Origin: an uncultured Solirubrobacterales bacterium
GTDB lineage: Bacteria; Actinomycetota; Thermoleophilia; Solirubrobacterales; 70-9
Length of the DNA stretch: 64,000 nt
Direction of reading: 5' to 3'
NCBI GenBank assembly: GCA_963839535.1
Contig: CAWIVF010000006.1
Coordinates: forward strand, 38,256 to 102,255
Under the pieces are notes generated by a model. The model was given only the letters and a program-made list of their open reading frames with translations, searched no databases and was not told where the DNA came from. Shown here in pieces: positions 48,687-57,885 of this stretch (positions within the stretch are counted from its first letter, which is position 1; each line of letters begins with the position of its first letter). Both the position numbers and the translations under genes were made by a program.

Positions 48687-48724
48687 CTTCGTCTCCTCCA
48701 TGGCTCGGCCGTTCCGGCTCGCCT

Positions 48725-49833
48725 TCACTTCACGTAGCTGACCCGCCAGAGATCCTGCCAGTCCTGCCGGGCGTCCCAGTCGTCCGCGGCGCTCGCCGGG
48801 TCGTAGGGGAACATCTGCTCGACCACCGCGGCGATGCCCGACGGCTCGTCGGCCGGCAGCTTCGCGTCGGCGTTCGTCGACATCTTGCCGTCCGCGGCCT
48901 GCGGGGCGATGCCCTCCTCGGTCAGCAGGTAGTGGATGAAGAGCTTCGCCGCGTTCGGGCTGTCGGTCCCCGCCGCGATCAGGCCGAGGCTCGGATAGAG
49001 CCAGCCGGCCCAGGGCTGCATGCCCGTCGCAGATGCCGAGCTTCGCCCCGGCCTCGGTGTTGTTGCGGAACTTCGCCGAGCTCATCATCCCGACGAACGG
49101 GGCCGTCTGGTCCGGCGCGCCCACCGCCTGCGCCGCCGCCTCGTCGGCGTCGGTCAGCAGCGGCCCGTTGGCGGCGAGCGCGGCGACCCAGGCCGCCGTC
49201 GCCGTCTCCTCGTCGGTCTCGAGCGGCTTGCCGTAGCGCGCCTCGTAGGCCTCGGCGATCGCCGCGTCGCCGTGCGTCGCCATCTGGTTGAACCAGTCGA
49301 TGTAGGACGCCTTGCCGAGCGGGTCCTGCAGCGCGACCTTGCCCTTCCACTCGGGCTCGGTCAGCTGCCAGACGTTCTCGATCGGGCACTCGTCGTAGGC
49401 CTGGGTGTTGTAGGCCCAGAGGTTCGCCTCGTTGGCGATGACCAGCGGGTCCCGGTAGCGCGGGTCGATCTTGTCGGCGAGGTCGGGCGGCACCCAGCTC
49501 GTCGCGAAGCCCTCGGGCAGGAGCTGCGCCGCGCCGGCGGCGACGTCGCTGATCTGCATCACGTCGCCCTGCACGTTGCCGGCCTGCGCCTCGCGGATCA
49601 CCATCTCGAGCTGCGCCGCGGCGTTCGCCTTGGTGCCGGTCGCCTCGATCCCGTACTTCTTCGAGAAGGCCTCGGCCTGCTCCACGATCTTGCCGGTGTT
49701 CGAATAGACCTGCAGCGGCGGCTCCGCCTCGGCGGCCGCGACCAGCGCCTGCAGGTCGAACTCCTCCGCCGAGGCCACGCCTCGCCAGCGCCGCGAGCAG
49801 CGCCGCCGCCGATACTCCGAGCATCTTCCGCAT
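48725..49833 (-). pseudogene. Periplasmic binding protein SBP-1, two +1 frameshifts (about 49781 and 49024)
   Basis: The signal peptide MRKMLGVSAAALLAALA is in one frame. The mature part (VASAEEFDLQALVAAAEAEPPLQVY...KLGICDG) is in a second, and the tail (MQPWAGWLYPSLGLIAAGTDSPNAAKLFIHY...WRVSYVK*) is in a third (ORF 48725..49021). Length is 3n+2. Confidence 0.8.
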
Positions 49834-49853
49834 AAGCGTTTCTCCCTTATGTC

Positions 49854-50954
49854 TCAGTTCATCCGTGCGCGCGTGAGGGCCGCGTCGGCCGCCAACGACC
49901 GGTTGCCGTCGCGGTCGAAGACGTGCAGCGCCTCCGGCCGGACCGCGAAGCGCACCGGCTCGCCGGCCCGCACCTCCGGCGGCTGGTGCGTCGTCAGGAA
50001 GAGCTTCGATCCCGCGCTCTCCAGCTCGACGATCCAGCTGCCCCCGGTCGGCAGCACCCCGGTCACCTCCGCCTCTCCCGCGAGGCCGTCGCCGTCCCCG
50101 AGCCGGATCGCCTCCGGCCGGAGCCCGACCGCCCCGGCCTCCGGCGCCCGCTCGCCGAGAAAGCGCCGCGCCGCCGCCGCGAGCGGCGTCCCCGCGCCGA
50201 GGTCGATCATGTTGATCGGCGGGTTGCCGACGAACTGTGCCACGAAGCGGTTCGCCGGCCGGTCGTAGATCTCGTTCGGGTTCCCCACCTGCTGCAGCCG
50301 CCCCTGGCTCATCACCGCGATCGTCGTCGCCAGCGTCATCGCCTCCCACTGGTCGTGGGTCACGAAGACGATGGTGGTGCCGAACTCCCGGTGCAGCCGC
50401 TTCAGCTCGGCCCGCATCTCGAGGCGCAGCGCCGCGTCGAGGTTCGACAGCGGCTCGTCGAGCAGCAGCACCTCCGGGTTCACCGCCAGCATCCGCGCCA
50501 GCGCGACCCGCTGCTGCTGCCCGCCCGAGAGCTGCGAGGGATAGCGGTCGCGGTAGGCCTCGATCCCGAGCGTCCGCATCACGCTCGCCACCCGCGCCTC
50601 GCGCTCGGCCCGCGGCACGTTCCGGAGCCTGAGCCCGAAGTCGGTGTTGCGCTCGATGGTCAGGTGCGGCCAGAGCGCGTAGCTCTGGAAGACGAGCCCC
50701 ATCTGCCGCTTCTCGGGCGGCACGAACACCCCTTCGCCGACCGAGTCGACCACCCGCGAGCCGACCCGGATCTCGCCGTCGCTCAGATGCTCGAGCCCGG
50801 CGATCATCCTGAGCGTCGTGGTCTTGCCGCAGCCCGACGGCCCGAGCAGGCACATGAACTCGCCGTCGGCGATCTCGAGGTCGAGGCCCTCGACCGCGTT
50901 CGCCCCGCCCCCGCCGTAGCTCTTGCGCACCCCGCTGAGGTTGATCCGCGGCAT
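49854..50954 (-). CDS. ABC transporter ATPase (MalK/FbpC type with a C-terminal TOBE-like domain), intact
   Basis: GPSGCGKTT, LSGGQQQRVALARM, LLLDEPLSNLD and VTHDQ motifs. 366 aa. Confidence 0.9.
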   Translation of the reverse strand: MPRINLSGVRKSYGGGGANAVEGLDLEIADGEFMCLLGPSGCGKTTTLRMIAGLEHLSDGEIRVGSRVVDSVGEGVFVPPEKRQMGLVFQSYALWPHLTIERNTDFGLRLRNVPRAEREARVASVMRTLGIEAYRDRYPSQLSGGQQQRVALARMLAVNPEVLLLDEPLSNLDAALRLEMRAELKRLHREFGTTIVFVTHDQWEAMTLATTIAVMSQGRLQQVGNPNEIYDRPANRFVAQFVGNPPINMIDLGAGTPLAAAARRFLGERAPEAGAVGLRPEAIRLGDGDGLAGEAEVTGVLPTGGSWIVELESAGSKLFLTTHQPPEVRAGEPVRFAVRPEALHVFDRDGNRSLAADAALTRARMN

Positions 50955-50955
50955 C

Positions 50956-52801
50956 TCAGCCTCCCAGGCCTTCCGCCAGGTTGCTCCTGGTCAGCTTCTG
51001 TCCGAGCAGCGCCCCGAAGTAGGCGAGCGCGGCGATGATCAGCACGACGGCGTTGGCCGCCTGCGTGTAGTGGTAGTCGACGAGCCGGAGCGAGAAGGTG
51101 GTCAGCACGTCGGTGCTCGGCACCGCCAGCACCACGAAGAGGCTGAGGCCCTTGATCCCGGAGATGAAGGGCAAGAGCACGCCGGTCGTCAGCGCCCCCT
51201 TCTGGATCGGGATGACGATCGAGGTCATCCGCCGCAGCCAGCCGGCGCCGGCGACCTGCGCCGCCTCCTCCGGGTCCTTGCCGAGCTGCATCATCGCCGC
51301 GATCCCGGCGCGCGAGGCATAGGGCATCTGGTCGGCGATCAGCGCGAGCATCAGGATCAGCGAGGTGCCGTAGAGCGCCGGGATCGGCCCGCGCGGCACC
51401 GCGAAGAGCGAGAGGTAGGCGGTGGCGAAGGCGATGCCGGGCACGAGATAGGGCAGGAAGGTCACCTGCCGCAGGAACGTCCCGAGCGGCCGGACCGGCG
51501 TGCGCACCACGACGTAGCCGACCAGCAGGCCGAGCAGCCCCGAGGTCAGCGACGCGACGCCGACGATGCGAAGGCTGTTCCAGGCCGCGTTCCACAGGTC
51601 GGGGCTGAGCAGGATCCCGGTCTGCAGCGCCACGGTGTTGAGCCCGGTGCCGATCCAGTAGTCGAGGGTGAAGTTGTCGAGCGTGAACCGCCCCGGCACC
51701 TTCATCACCGTCGAGAGGACCAGCGTCAGCAGCGGCAGCCCGACCGAGAGCGCGAACATCAGCGCCGCGAACCCGGTCGCGCCCCAGCGCCAGCGGCCGA
51801 GCGGGCTCAGCCGGTCCATCGAGCCCTTCGAGCCGATGGTCACGAACCGCCGCGCCTCGCGCATCAGGTACGCGTCGATCGTCAGGGTGAGGACCCCGAT
51901 CAGCATGATCGCGCCGGCGAGCACCGCGGCGACGCCCGACTGCCGCGAGGCGATGTTCTGGTAGAGCGAGGTCGCCAGCGTATCGAAGGCGACCGGCAGG
52001 CCGAGCACGTAGGGCACGCCGAACTCGCCGAGGCACTTGGCGAAGATCAGCACCATCGCCGACATCAGCGCCGGCCGCATCAGCGGCAGGATGACCTGCC
52101 GCATCACCGTCAGCCGCCCGGCGCCGAGGATGCGCGCCGAATCCTCGAGCTGGCTGTCGAAGCGCCTGAGCGCGTTGCCGAAGAGCAGGATGATGAACGG
52201 CGCGTAGTGCAGCGCCAGGATGATCGTCACCGGCACCCGGCCGTAGGCCAGCCAGTCGGGCGGCGAGAAGCCGAACGTCTCGAGCCACCCGGCCTGCCCG
52301 CCGACCGTGCGGTTCTTGAACAGCGTCGTCCAGGCCAGCGCGAAGGTCCAGGCCGGCAGCATGTAGGGCACGATCAGCGCGGTCGCGAACCACCTGCGGC
52401 CGAACATGTCGGTCCGCGCCAGCAGCCACGCCAGCGTCCCGCCGACCGCCATCGCGACGACGATCGCCCCGAGCGCGACGCTCAGCGTGTTGACGAGCGG
52501 CCCCCAGAACAGGTTGTGCGCGACCCGCGAGGTGAAGGTCCGCTCGAGGTAGTACCAGGTCAGGCTCGCCGACGTCGGCCTCGATCCGTCGCTGGTCGCC
52601 GAGCTGCACCGTCACCGCGTCGAGCAGCATGGCGATGATCGGCACGACGATCAGGTAGGCGAAGAGCGCCGCCATCATGATGCCGATCAGCGTCGTCGGC
52701 TCGCTCGCCGCGATCCGGAGCTTGTAGCGCAGCCGCCGCCCGGCCGATGCCGGGGTTCCGGCCGCGGGTCGAGCCCTGTCGTCCGGAGACGTCACGCTCA
52801 C
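50956..52801 (-). pseudogene. Two-domain ABC permease (FbpB/AfuB type), +1 frameshift near 52563-52566
   Basis: The N-terminal 78 codons (GTG at 52801; ...VTVQLGDQRRIEADVGE) are in one frame. The rest (LTWYYLERTFTSRVAHNLFWGPLVNTLSVALGAIVVAMAVGGTLAWLLARTDMF... through ORF 50956..52452) is in another. Length is 3n+1. Confidence 0.8.
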
Positions 52802-52948
52802 CCGGCCGGTCCGTCAGCGATGGGTGAAGGCGGCCTTGCGTCGCCCAAGCGTCTCTCCCGCGATCCCGGGGTCTTCCGCCCCGACGGGCCCGCTGCATCG
52901 GGCTCCGGTCCATTGCTTGAACGCGCGGTCGCCGCGAGTCAACAGTCA

Positions 52949-52964
52949 ATGCACACCTGTGCAT
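52949..52964. promoter_or_regulatory. Candidate operator (inverted repeat ATGCACA-cc-TGTGCAT) upstream of the phosphatase/ABC operon
   Basis: On the operon strand it reads ATGCACAGGTGTGCAT, immediately followed by TTGACTGTTGACT (two -35-like hexamers). About 150 nt upstream of the GTG at 52801. Confidence 0.45.
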
Positions 52965-53041
52965 CGCGATCCGCCCCGGGCTTGCGCAAGTCGCAGGTGC
53001 AGCGGCCCTCGGCGGTCCGAGCGAAGCATCCCCGCTCGGCC

Positions 53042-53055
53042 TGCACGCGCGTGCA
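53042..53055. promoter_or_regulatory. Candidate operator, perfect 14-bp palindrome TGCACGCGCGTGCA
   Basis: Perfect dyad with a central CG and TG/CA ends, as in LacI-family operators. It shares the TGCAC-N4-GTGCA architecture with the site at 52949. Confidence 0.45.
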
Positions 53056-53234
53056 AGCGTCCGCGCGAGAAGGGGCCGGCAAGAGGAAGGCTCGGTCCGC
53101 TACCGGGATCGGGAAGCGGACGTGCGCGGCTGGTCAGGGGTTCCCCGGGGGTACGCTACGGTATATGACGTTACCTTCCGGCGCGGGCGGGTGTATGACG
53201 ACGCAGTGAGCGCTGACGCGATGCGAGGCAAGCG

Positions 53235-53699
53235 ATGAGCGAGAAGGTTGATCCGGCGGCGGGGCCGATGTCTGCGGAGACGCTGCGCATGTCCATCCTC
53301 CAGAAGGAGATGGACAAGATGGACGTGGCGCGGAAGGCGCGGGAGGCGGAGGAGAAGAAGCTCGCCGCCTTCACCTCCGAGTTCCTGCACAAGCATGTCA
53401 CCGAGGACGAGATCGCCATGGTGGGCCGGCTCGTGATGAACGCGGTGAAGGACGGGAAGATGGAGGCGATGGTCTACAGCTTCCCGTCGGAGCTCTGCAC
53501 CGACAGCGGGCGGGCGATCAACAACAGCGCGCCGAACTGGCCGGAGACGCTGCAGGGCAAGGCCAAGGAGCTCTACGATCGCTACCAGGAGCGCGCCAAG
53601 CCGCAGGGCTACCGGCTGAAGGCGATGGTCATCAACTTCCCCGGCGGCGTGCCGGGCGACATCGGCTTCTTCCTGAACTGGGCGCCGCCGGCGGTGTGA
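53235..53699 (+). CDS. Hypothetical protein (154 aa)
   Basis: Coding-like composition (MSEKVDPAAGPMSAETLRMSILQKEMDKMDVARKAREAEEKKLAAF...). No family recognised. Confidence 0.5.
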   Translation: MSEKVDPAAGPMSAETLRMSILQKEMDKMDVARKAREAEEKKLAAFTSEFLHKHVTEDEIAMVGRLVMNAVKDGKMEAMVYSFPSELCTDSGRAINNSAPNWPETLQGKAKELYDRYQERAKPQGYRLKAMVINFPGGVPGDIGFFLNWAPPAV

Positions 53700-53801
53700 G
53701 CCGCTCGCGGACTCGCACGCGAGACTGCGGCTAAACGGCTCGCTGAATCCGACAGAACCGCACCGTTCCGCGACGTCCGGTGAACGCGCCGCGGCAGAGC
53801 C

Positions 53802-54664
53802 TCACCGCTCAGGGCCAGGCTCAGAAGACACCGGCACCACGTTGCGGGCGGTTCGGTCCGGGACGTAGTCGTCGGGGCGCTTCTGGCGCTTGCCGAGCTT
53901 CGGCTCGTCGTACTTGACCTTCTCGTAGGGGATCGAGGCGAGGAGGTGGCTGAGGCAGTTGATCCGCGCCGCCTTCTTGTCGTTCGAAGTCGACGATCCA
54001 CCAGGGGGCGTGCGGCGTGTCGGTGAGGCGGATCATCTCGTCGTAGGCGCGGGAATAGTCCCACCAGCGGCGGTAGGATTCGAGGTCCATCGGCGACAGC
54101 TTCCACTGGCGCACCGGATCGTCGATGCGCTGGCGGAAGCGGCGCTCCTGCTCCTCCTCGCCGACGGTCAGGAAGTACTTGAGCAGCGTGATGCCCGAAC
54201 TCGGTGATCAGCGCCTCGAGGTGCGGGATCTCCTGCAGGAAGCGCGTCGCCGCCTCCTCGCTGCAATAGCCCATGACCCGCTCGACGCCCGGGCGGTTGT
54301 ACCAGCTGCGGTCGAAGATCAGCACTTCGCCCGCGGCGGGCAGCTGCTCGATGTAGCGCTGCATGTAGATCTGGGTCTTCTGCCGGTCCGACGGCGCGGG
54401 CAGGGCGACGACGCGGAACACCCGCGGGCTGACCCGCTCGGTCAGCCGCTTGATCATGCCGCCCTTGCCGGCGGCGTCGCGGCCCTCGAAGATGATGACG
54501 ATGCGGGCGCCGGTCGCCTTCACCCAGGCCTGCAGGTGCGCGATCTCGACCTGCAGCCGGGCGAGTTCCTTCTCATAGGCCTTGTTGCGGGCCTTCTTCG
54601 CGTCGGCGGGGGCGGATGCGGCGGGCGCCTCCGCTTCCTTTGCCTTCTTGTCCTTCTTGGTCAT
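53802..54664 (-). pseudogene. ppk2: Polyphosphate kinase 2 family protein, two +1 frameshifts (about 54195 and 53987)
   Basis: MTKKDKKAKE...RIVIIFEGRDAAGKGGMIKRLTE (Walker A)...IFDRSWYNR in frame 1. GITLLKYFLTVGEEEQERRFRQRIDDPVRQWKLSPMDLESYRRWWDYSRAY is in frame 2. SNDKKAARINCLSHLLASIPYEK...* is in frame 3. Length is 3n+2. AAGGGAGA SD upstream. Confidence 0.8.
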
Positions 54665-55825
54665 AGGGTTTCTCCCTTCGGGCTGCGTCGCCTCGAAGGC
54701 GCGCAGCGCGTCGTCGAGGTCGTCGAAGATCATCTCGGGGCCGATGGCTGCGAGCAGCCCGGCCCGGTCGAGCAGGCCGCGCACCTCGGCGTGGACCTCG
54801 GCGAGGCCGAAGGCCGTGCCGCGGGCGGCGAGGTCGGCCCGCACCTCCTCGAGCATCGCCGCGGCGGTCGAAGTCGACCTGGGAGATGGCGCTGGCGTCG
54901 AGGAGCAGCCAGCGGGTGTCGGCCGGCATCGCGTCGGCGATGGCGTGCAGCCGGGCCTGGACGTGGTCGGCGTTGAAGAACAGGAGGTCGCCCTGGATCA
55001 GCGCGATCGTCAGGCCGGGGACTGGCTGCGCGTCCGCCCGGCGGTGCAGCTTGTAGAAGCCGTCGCGGCCGGGAACGCGGCCGAGCAGCGCGTCGCGCGG
55101 ATACATCATCTTGTGCAGGAGGTAGGCGAAGGTCGCCCCGATCGCGACTAGGACGCCGTTCAGCACCCCGAGGCTTATGGGCGCGAAGAGCGCGATCATC
55201 GCGAAGACGAACTCCACGCGGCTGATCCGCCAGATCTCGCGGAGCGCCGGAACGTCGACGAGGCTCAGGGCGGCGGCGATCAGGATGGCGCCGAGGGCGG
55301 GGATCGGCAGGATGGCGAGCGCGGGCTGGAGGTAGAGGACGATCGCGACCAGCGTGCCGGCGGCGACGACGCTGGCGAGCTGCGAACGGCCGCCGACGCT
55401 GGCGTTGATCGCGGTGCGGGAGTCCGAGGCGGTGATCGGGAAGGCGCTGAACAGGCCGGCGGCGAGGTTGGCGGCGCCGAAGCCCACCATCTCGCGGTCG
55501 GCGTCGACCGGGTAGCCGCCGCGCTCGCCGAAGCTGCGCGCCGTGACGATGCCGGCGGCGAAGCTGACGAGGAAGATCGCGGCGGCGCCGAGCAGGAGCT
55601 GGTCGAGGGGCGGCGCCGCCCGTGGCCGGGAGGGAGAGCGTGGGCAGGCTCGACGGGATGTCGCCGACGACGGCGATGCCGTGGCCGCGGAAGTCGAGGA
55701 GCGCCGAGAGCAGCGACTGCGAGACCGACCACCAAGACGGGCCGGGGAACCGGCAGCCGCGTGACGCGTGCCGCCTCCAGCACGCCGAACATGGCGACGG
55801 CGAGGGCGCCCTTGAGGAGGCCGCT
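54665..55825 (-). pseudogene. SulP-family anion transporter remnant: lacks roughly the first third, carries at least three frameshifts, and includes the STAS domain
   Basis: My reconstruction is ALAVAMFGVLEAARVTRLPVPGPVLVVG / VSQSLLSALLDFRGHGIAVVGDIPSSLP...ATGGAA / LDQLLLGAAAIFLVSF...MVGFGAANLAAGLFSAFPITASDSRTAINASVGG...LLDASAISQVD / STAAAMLEEVRADLAARGTAFGLAEVH... The slashes mark frame changes at about 55725, 55608 and 54880. There is no stop in the final frame before the ppk2 ATG. Confidence 0.65.
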
Positions 55826-56653
55826 GGCCGCCGCTTCGTCGCTGAAGCGGCCATTGCGCCTGATCAGCATCTCGTCCTGAACCTGGCCCCGGAAGCCGGG
55901 CAGCTTGATCCCGCCGCCGAGTCCACCGCTGACAGCGAAGACGTCGGTGGCGCGGTCGCCCCCGATGTCGGCGAAGGCGAGGCCGTGCCGGTCGCGGAGG
56001 GTGAGCAGGAAGGACGTCTCGTCAGCGCGGACGGCCCCGGAGCCGACGCGGATCTGACGAGCCGGCAGCCCATCGAAGGAAGCCGCGATCGGCAGGTCGA
56101 TGTGGCGGGTCGCGATATCGATGACGGCTCCCGGCCGCGCCTCGAACTCGACGCTCGGCTGCCCCGCCTCGCTGCGGCCGACGTGGACGTCGGCACCCGC
56201 GTCGCGCTCGACGTCGACGGCCTTGCTCGCGAAGGTGAGCTTCCCGGAGGCCGTCGTCCCCACGGCGCGAATGTGCACGTAGGAGCGGCTGGCCTTGCCG
56301 TCCGCGGAGCTGATGTAGACGTAGAGGCCGTCCTCGCCCATCGCCGGCGGGCGCATGATCTCGAGGCCGGGAAAGGCCGGCGAGGGGCTCAGCCCGGTGG
56401 GCGCGAGCTCGTCGACGAAGCCCCCGGCGCCGTCGTTGCGAAGCAGCGCGGAGTGGAACTTGTGGTTCGTGGTGAAGAGGTCGAGGAAGCCGTCGCCGTC
56501 GTAGTCGACGACGCCGACGTCGAGCAGGTGCTTGCCCGGCAGGGCAGCGGCGGCCGGACGGCCGAAGCGAGAGTCGGCGGCCGCGCCCGAGGCGAGGACG
56601 AGCAGCAGGGCGCCCGCAAGGGCAAGGAGGGTGAGCGAGCGGCGGATCAGCAT
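55826..56653 (-). pseudogene. 5' part of an FG-GAP/VCBS-repeat (CRTAC1/ASPIC-like) secreted protein, fused in frame to the SulP remnant
   Basis: Signal peptide MLIRRSLTLLALAGALLLVLASGAAA; FG-GAP repeats VVDYDGDGFLDLFTTNH and FADIGGDRATDVFAVSGG. It ends ...MLIRRNGRFSDEAAASGLLKG and then runs without a stop into SulP-type sequence at about 55815-55835. Confidence 0.6.
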
Positions 56654-56812
56654 GCACCGACTGAACCAGCCGGCCAGCGCGCTGTGGGCTCACTCAGGTG
56701 GCAAGCCCCCACACCCTCCAGAGTAAACCTCCGGGGGATGCTCCGCTTCGCGTCCGCTCCCCCCGGGAGGCCGGCGGCCTGGACGGGAAATCATGAACGC
56801 CCCCTGTTGGAG

Positions 56813-57878
56813 TTATCTAGTGAAGTCCTCGTCGGCGGGGAGGCGGCGGATGAACGCCACGATCAGCTCGATCGTCGCCTCGACGTCGCTGAGCTGGACC
56901 ATCTCGACGATCGAGTGCATGTAGCGCAGCGGGATCGAGACCAGGCCGGTGGCCACCCCGGCCCGGGAGAGCTGAAACGCGTCGGCGTCGGTGCCCGTGT
57001 AGCGGCCGGAGGCCTCGTAGGTGTGGTCGATGCCCTCGGCATCGGCCGCCTCGCGCAGCAACTCGCAGACCCGCGGGCTCAGGGTCGAGCCGCGGCCGAT
57101 CACCGGCCCCGACCCGAAGGCGTGGTCTCCGTTCTCGTGCTTGTCGATCCCCGGGGCGTCGGTCGCGTGCGTGACGTCGACGACGATCGCGACCTCGGGC
57201 GCGACGGAGAAGGCAACGGTCGTCGCCCCGCCGAGGGTGATCTCCTCCTGCGACACCGCGGCGCCGAGGACTCCGACCGACGGGGCGTCGCCCTCGGCGA
57301 TCCGCCGGGCGACCTCGAGCGCGACGTAGGAGCCGAGGCGGTTGTCCAGCGAACGGGAGACCAGGCGGCCGTTCGGGAGCGGCAGCGGCTCGGCGGCGAG
57401 CACGGCCGGGATCGCCGACGCTGACGAGGCCCTCGGCCTGCTCCCGCGACGACGCGCCGATGTCGATGTGCATCTGCTTGATCTTGGCGGGCTGCTTGCG
57501 GTCGTCCTCCTCGAGCAGGTGGATCGGCTTCTTGCCGATCACGCCGGGGACCTCACCCTCGTTGCCGCGGATCAGGACCCGCTGGCCGACCAGGTTCTGG
57601 GGGTCCCAGCCGCCGATCGGCCCGAACCAGAGGAAGCCCTCATCGTCGATGTGGCTGATGAAGAGCCCGATCTCGTCGATGTGGCCGACGACGGCGACCG
57701 TCGGGCGGTCGTCGCCGACGCCGACGCCGACCGTCGAGGATCCGAGGACGTCGGTGCCGACCTCGCCGAACTTCGCGGCCGCCTCGCGCCAGACGCGCGC
57801 CGCGGGCACCTCATAGCCGGAGGGCGCGGGGACCCGGATCAGGGCATCGAGAATCTCTGGGGTCCCGGCGTCGGCCAT
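56813..57878 (-). pseudogene. M42-family glutamyl aminopeptidase/endoglucanase-like peptidase, +1 frameshift near 57416-57419
   Basis: MADAGTPEILDALIRVPAPSGYE...VVGHIDEIGLFISHIDDEGFLWFGPIGGW... as far as LVSVGDP in one frame. AVLAAEPLPLPNGRLVSRSLDNRLG...SIPLRYMHS... is in ORF 56813..57403. There is an extra C in a C-run. Length is 3n+1. Confidence 0.8.
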
Positions 57879-57885
57879 CGCGCGA

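Noticed and set aside
54640-54700. A genuine SulP(STAS)-PPK2 fusion protein, since the frames are continuous.
   Set aside because: ppk2 has its own AAGGGAGA Shine-Dalgarno sequence. A TGA overlapping its ATG exists in the +1 frame (the ATGA coupling seen elsewhere in the window), and the region is riddled with single-base insertions. A lost stop through one more indel is more likely than a true fusion. This remains unresolved without reads.
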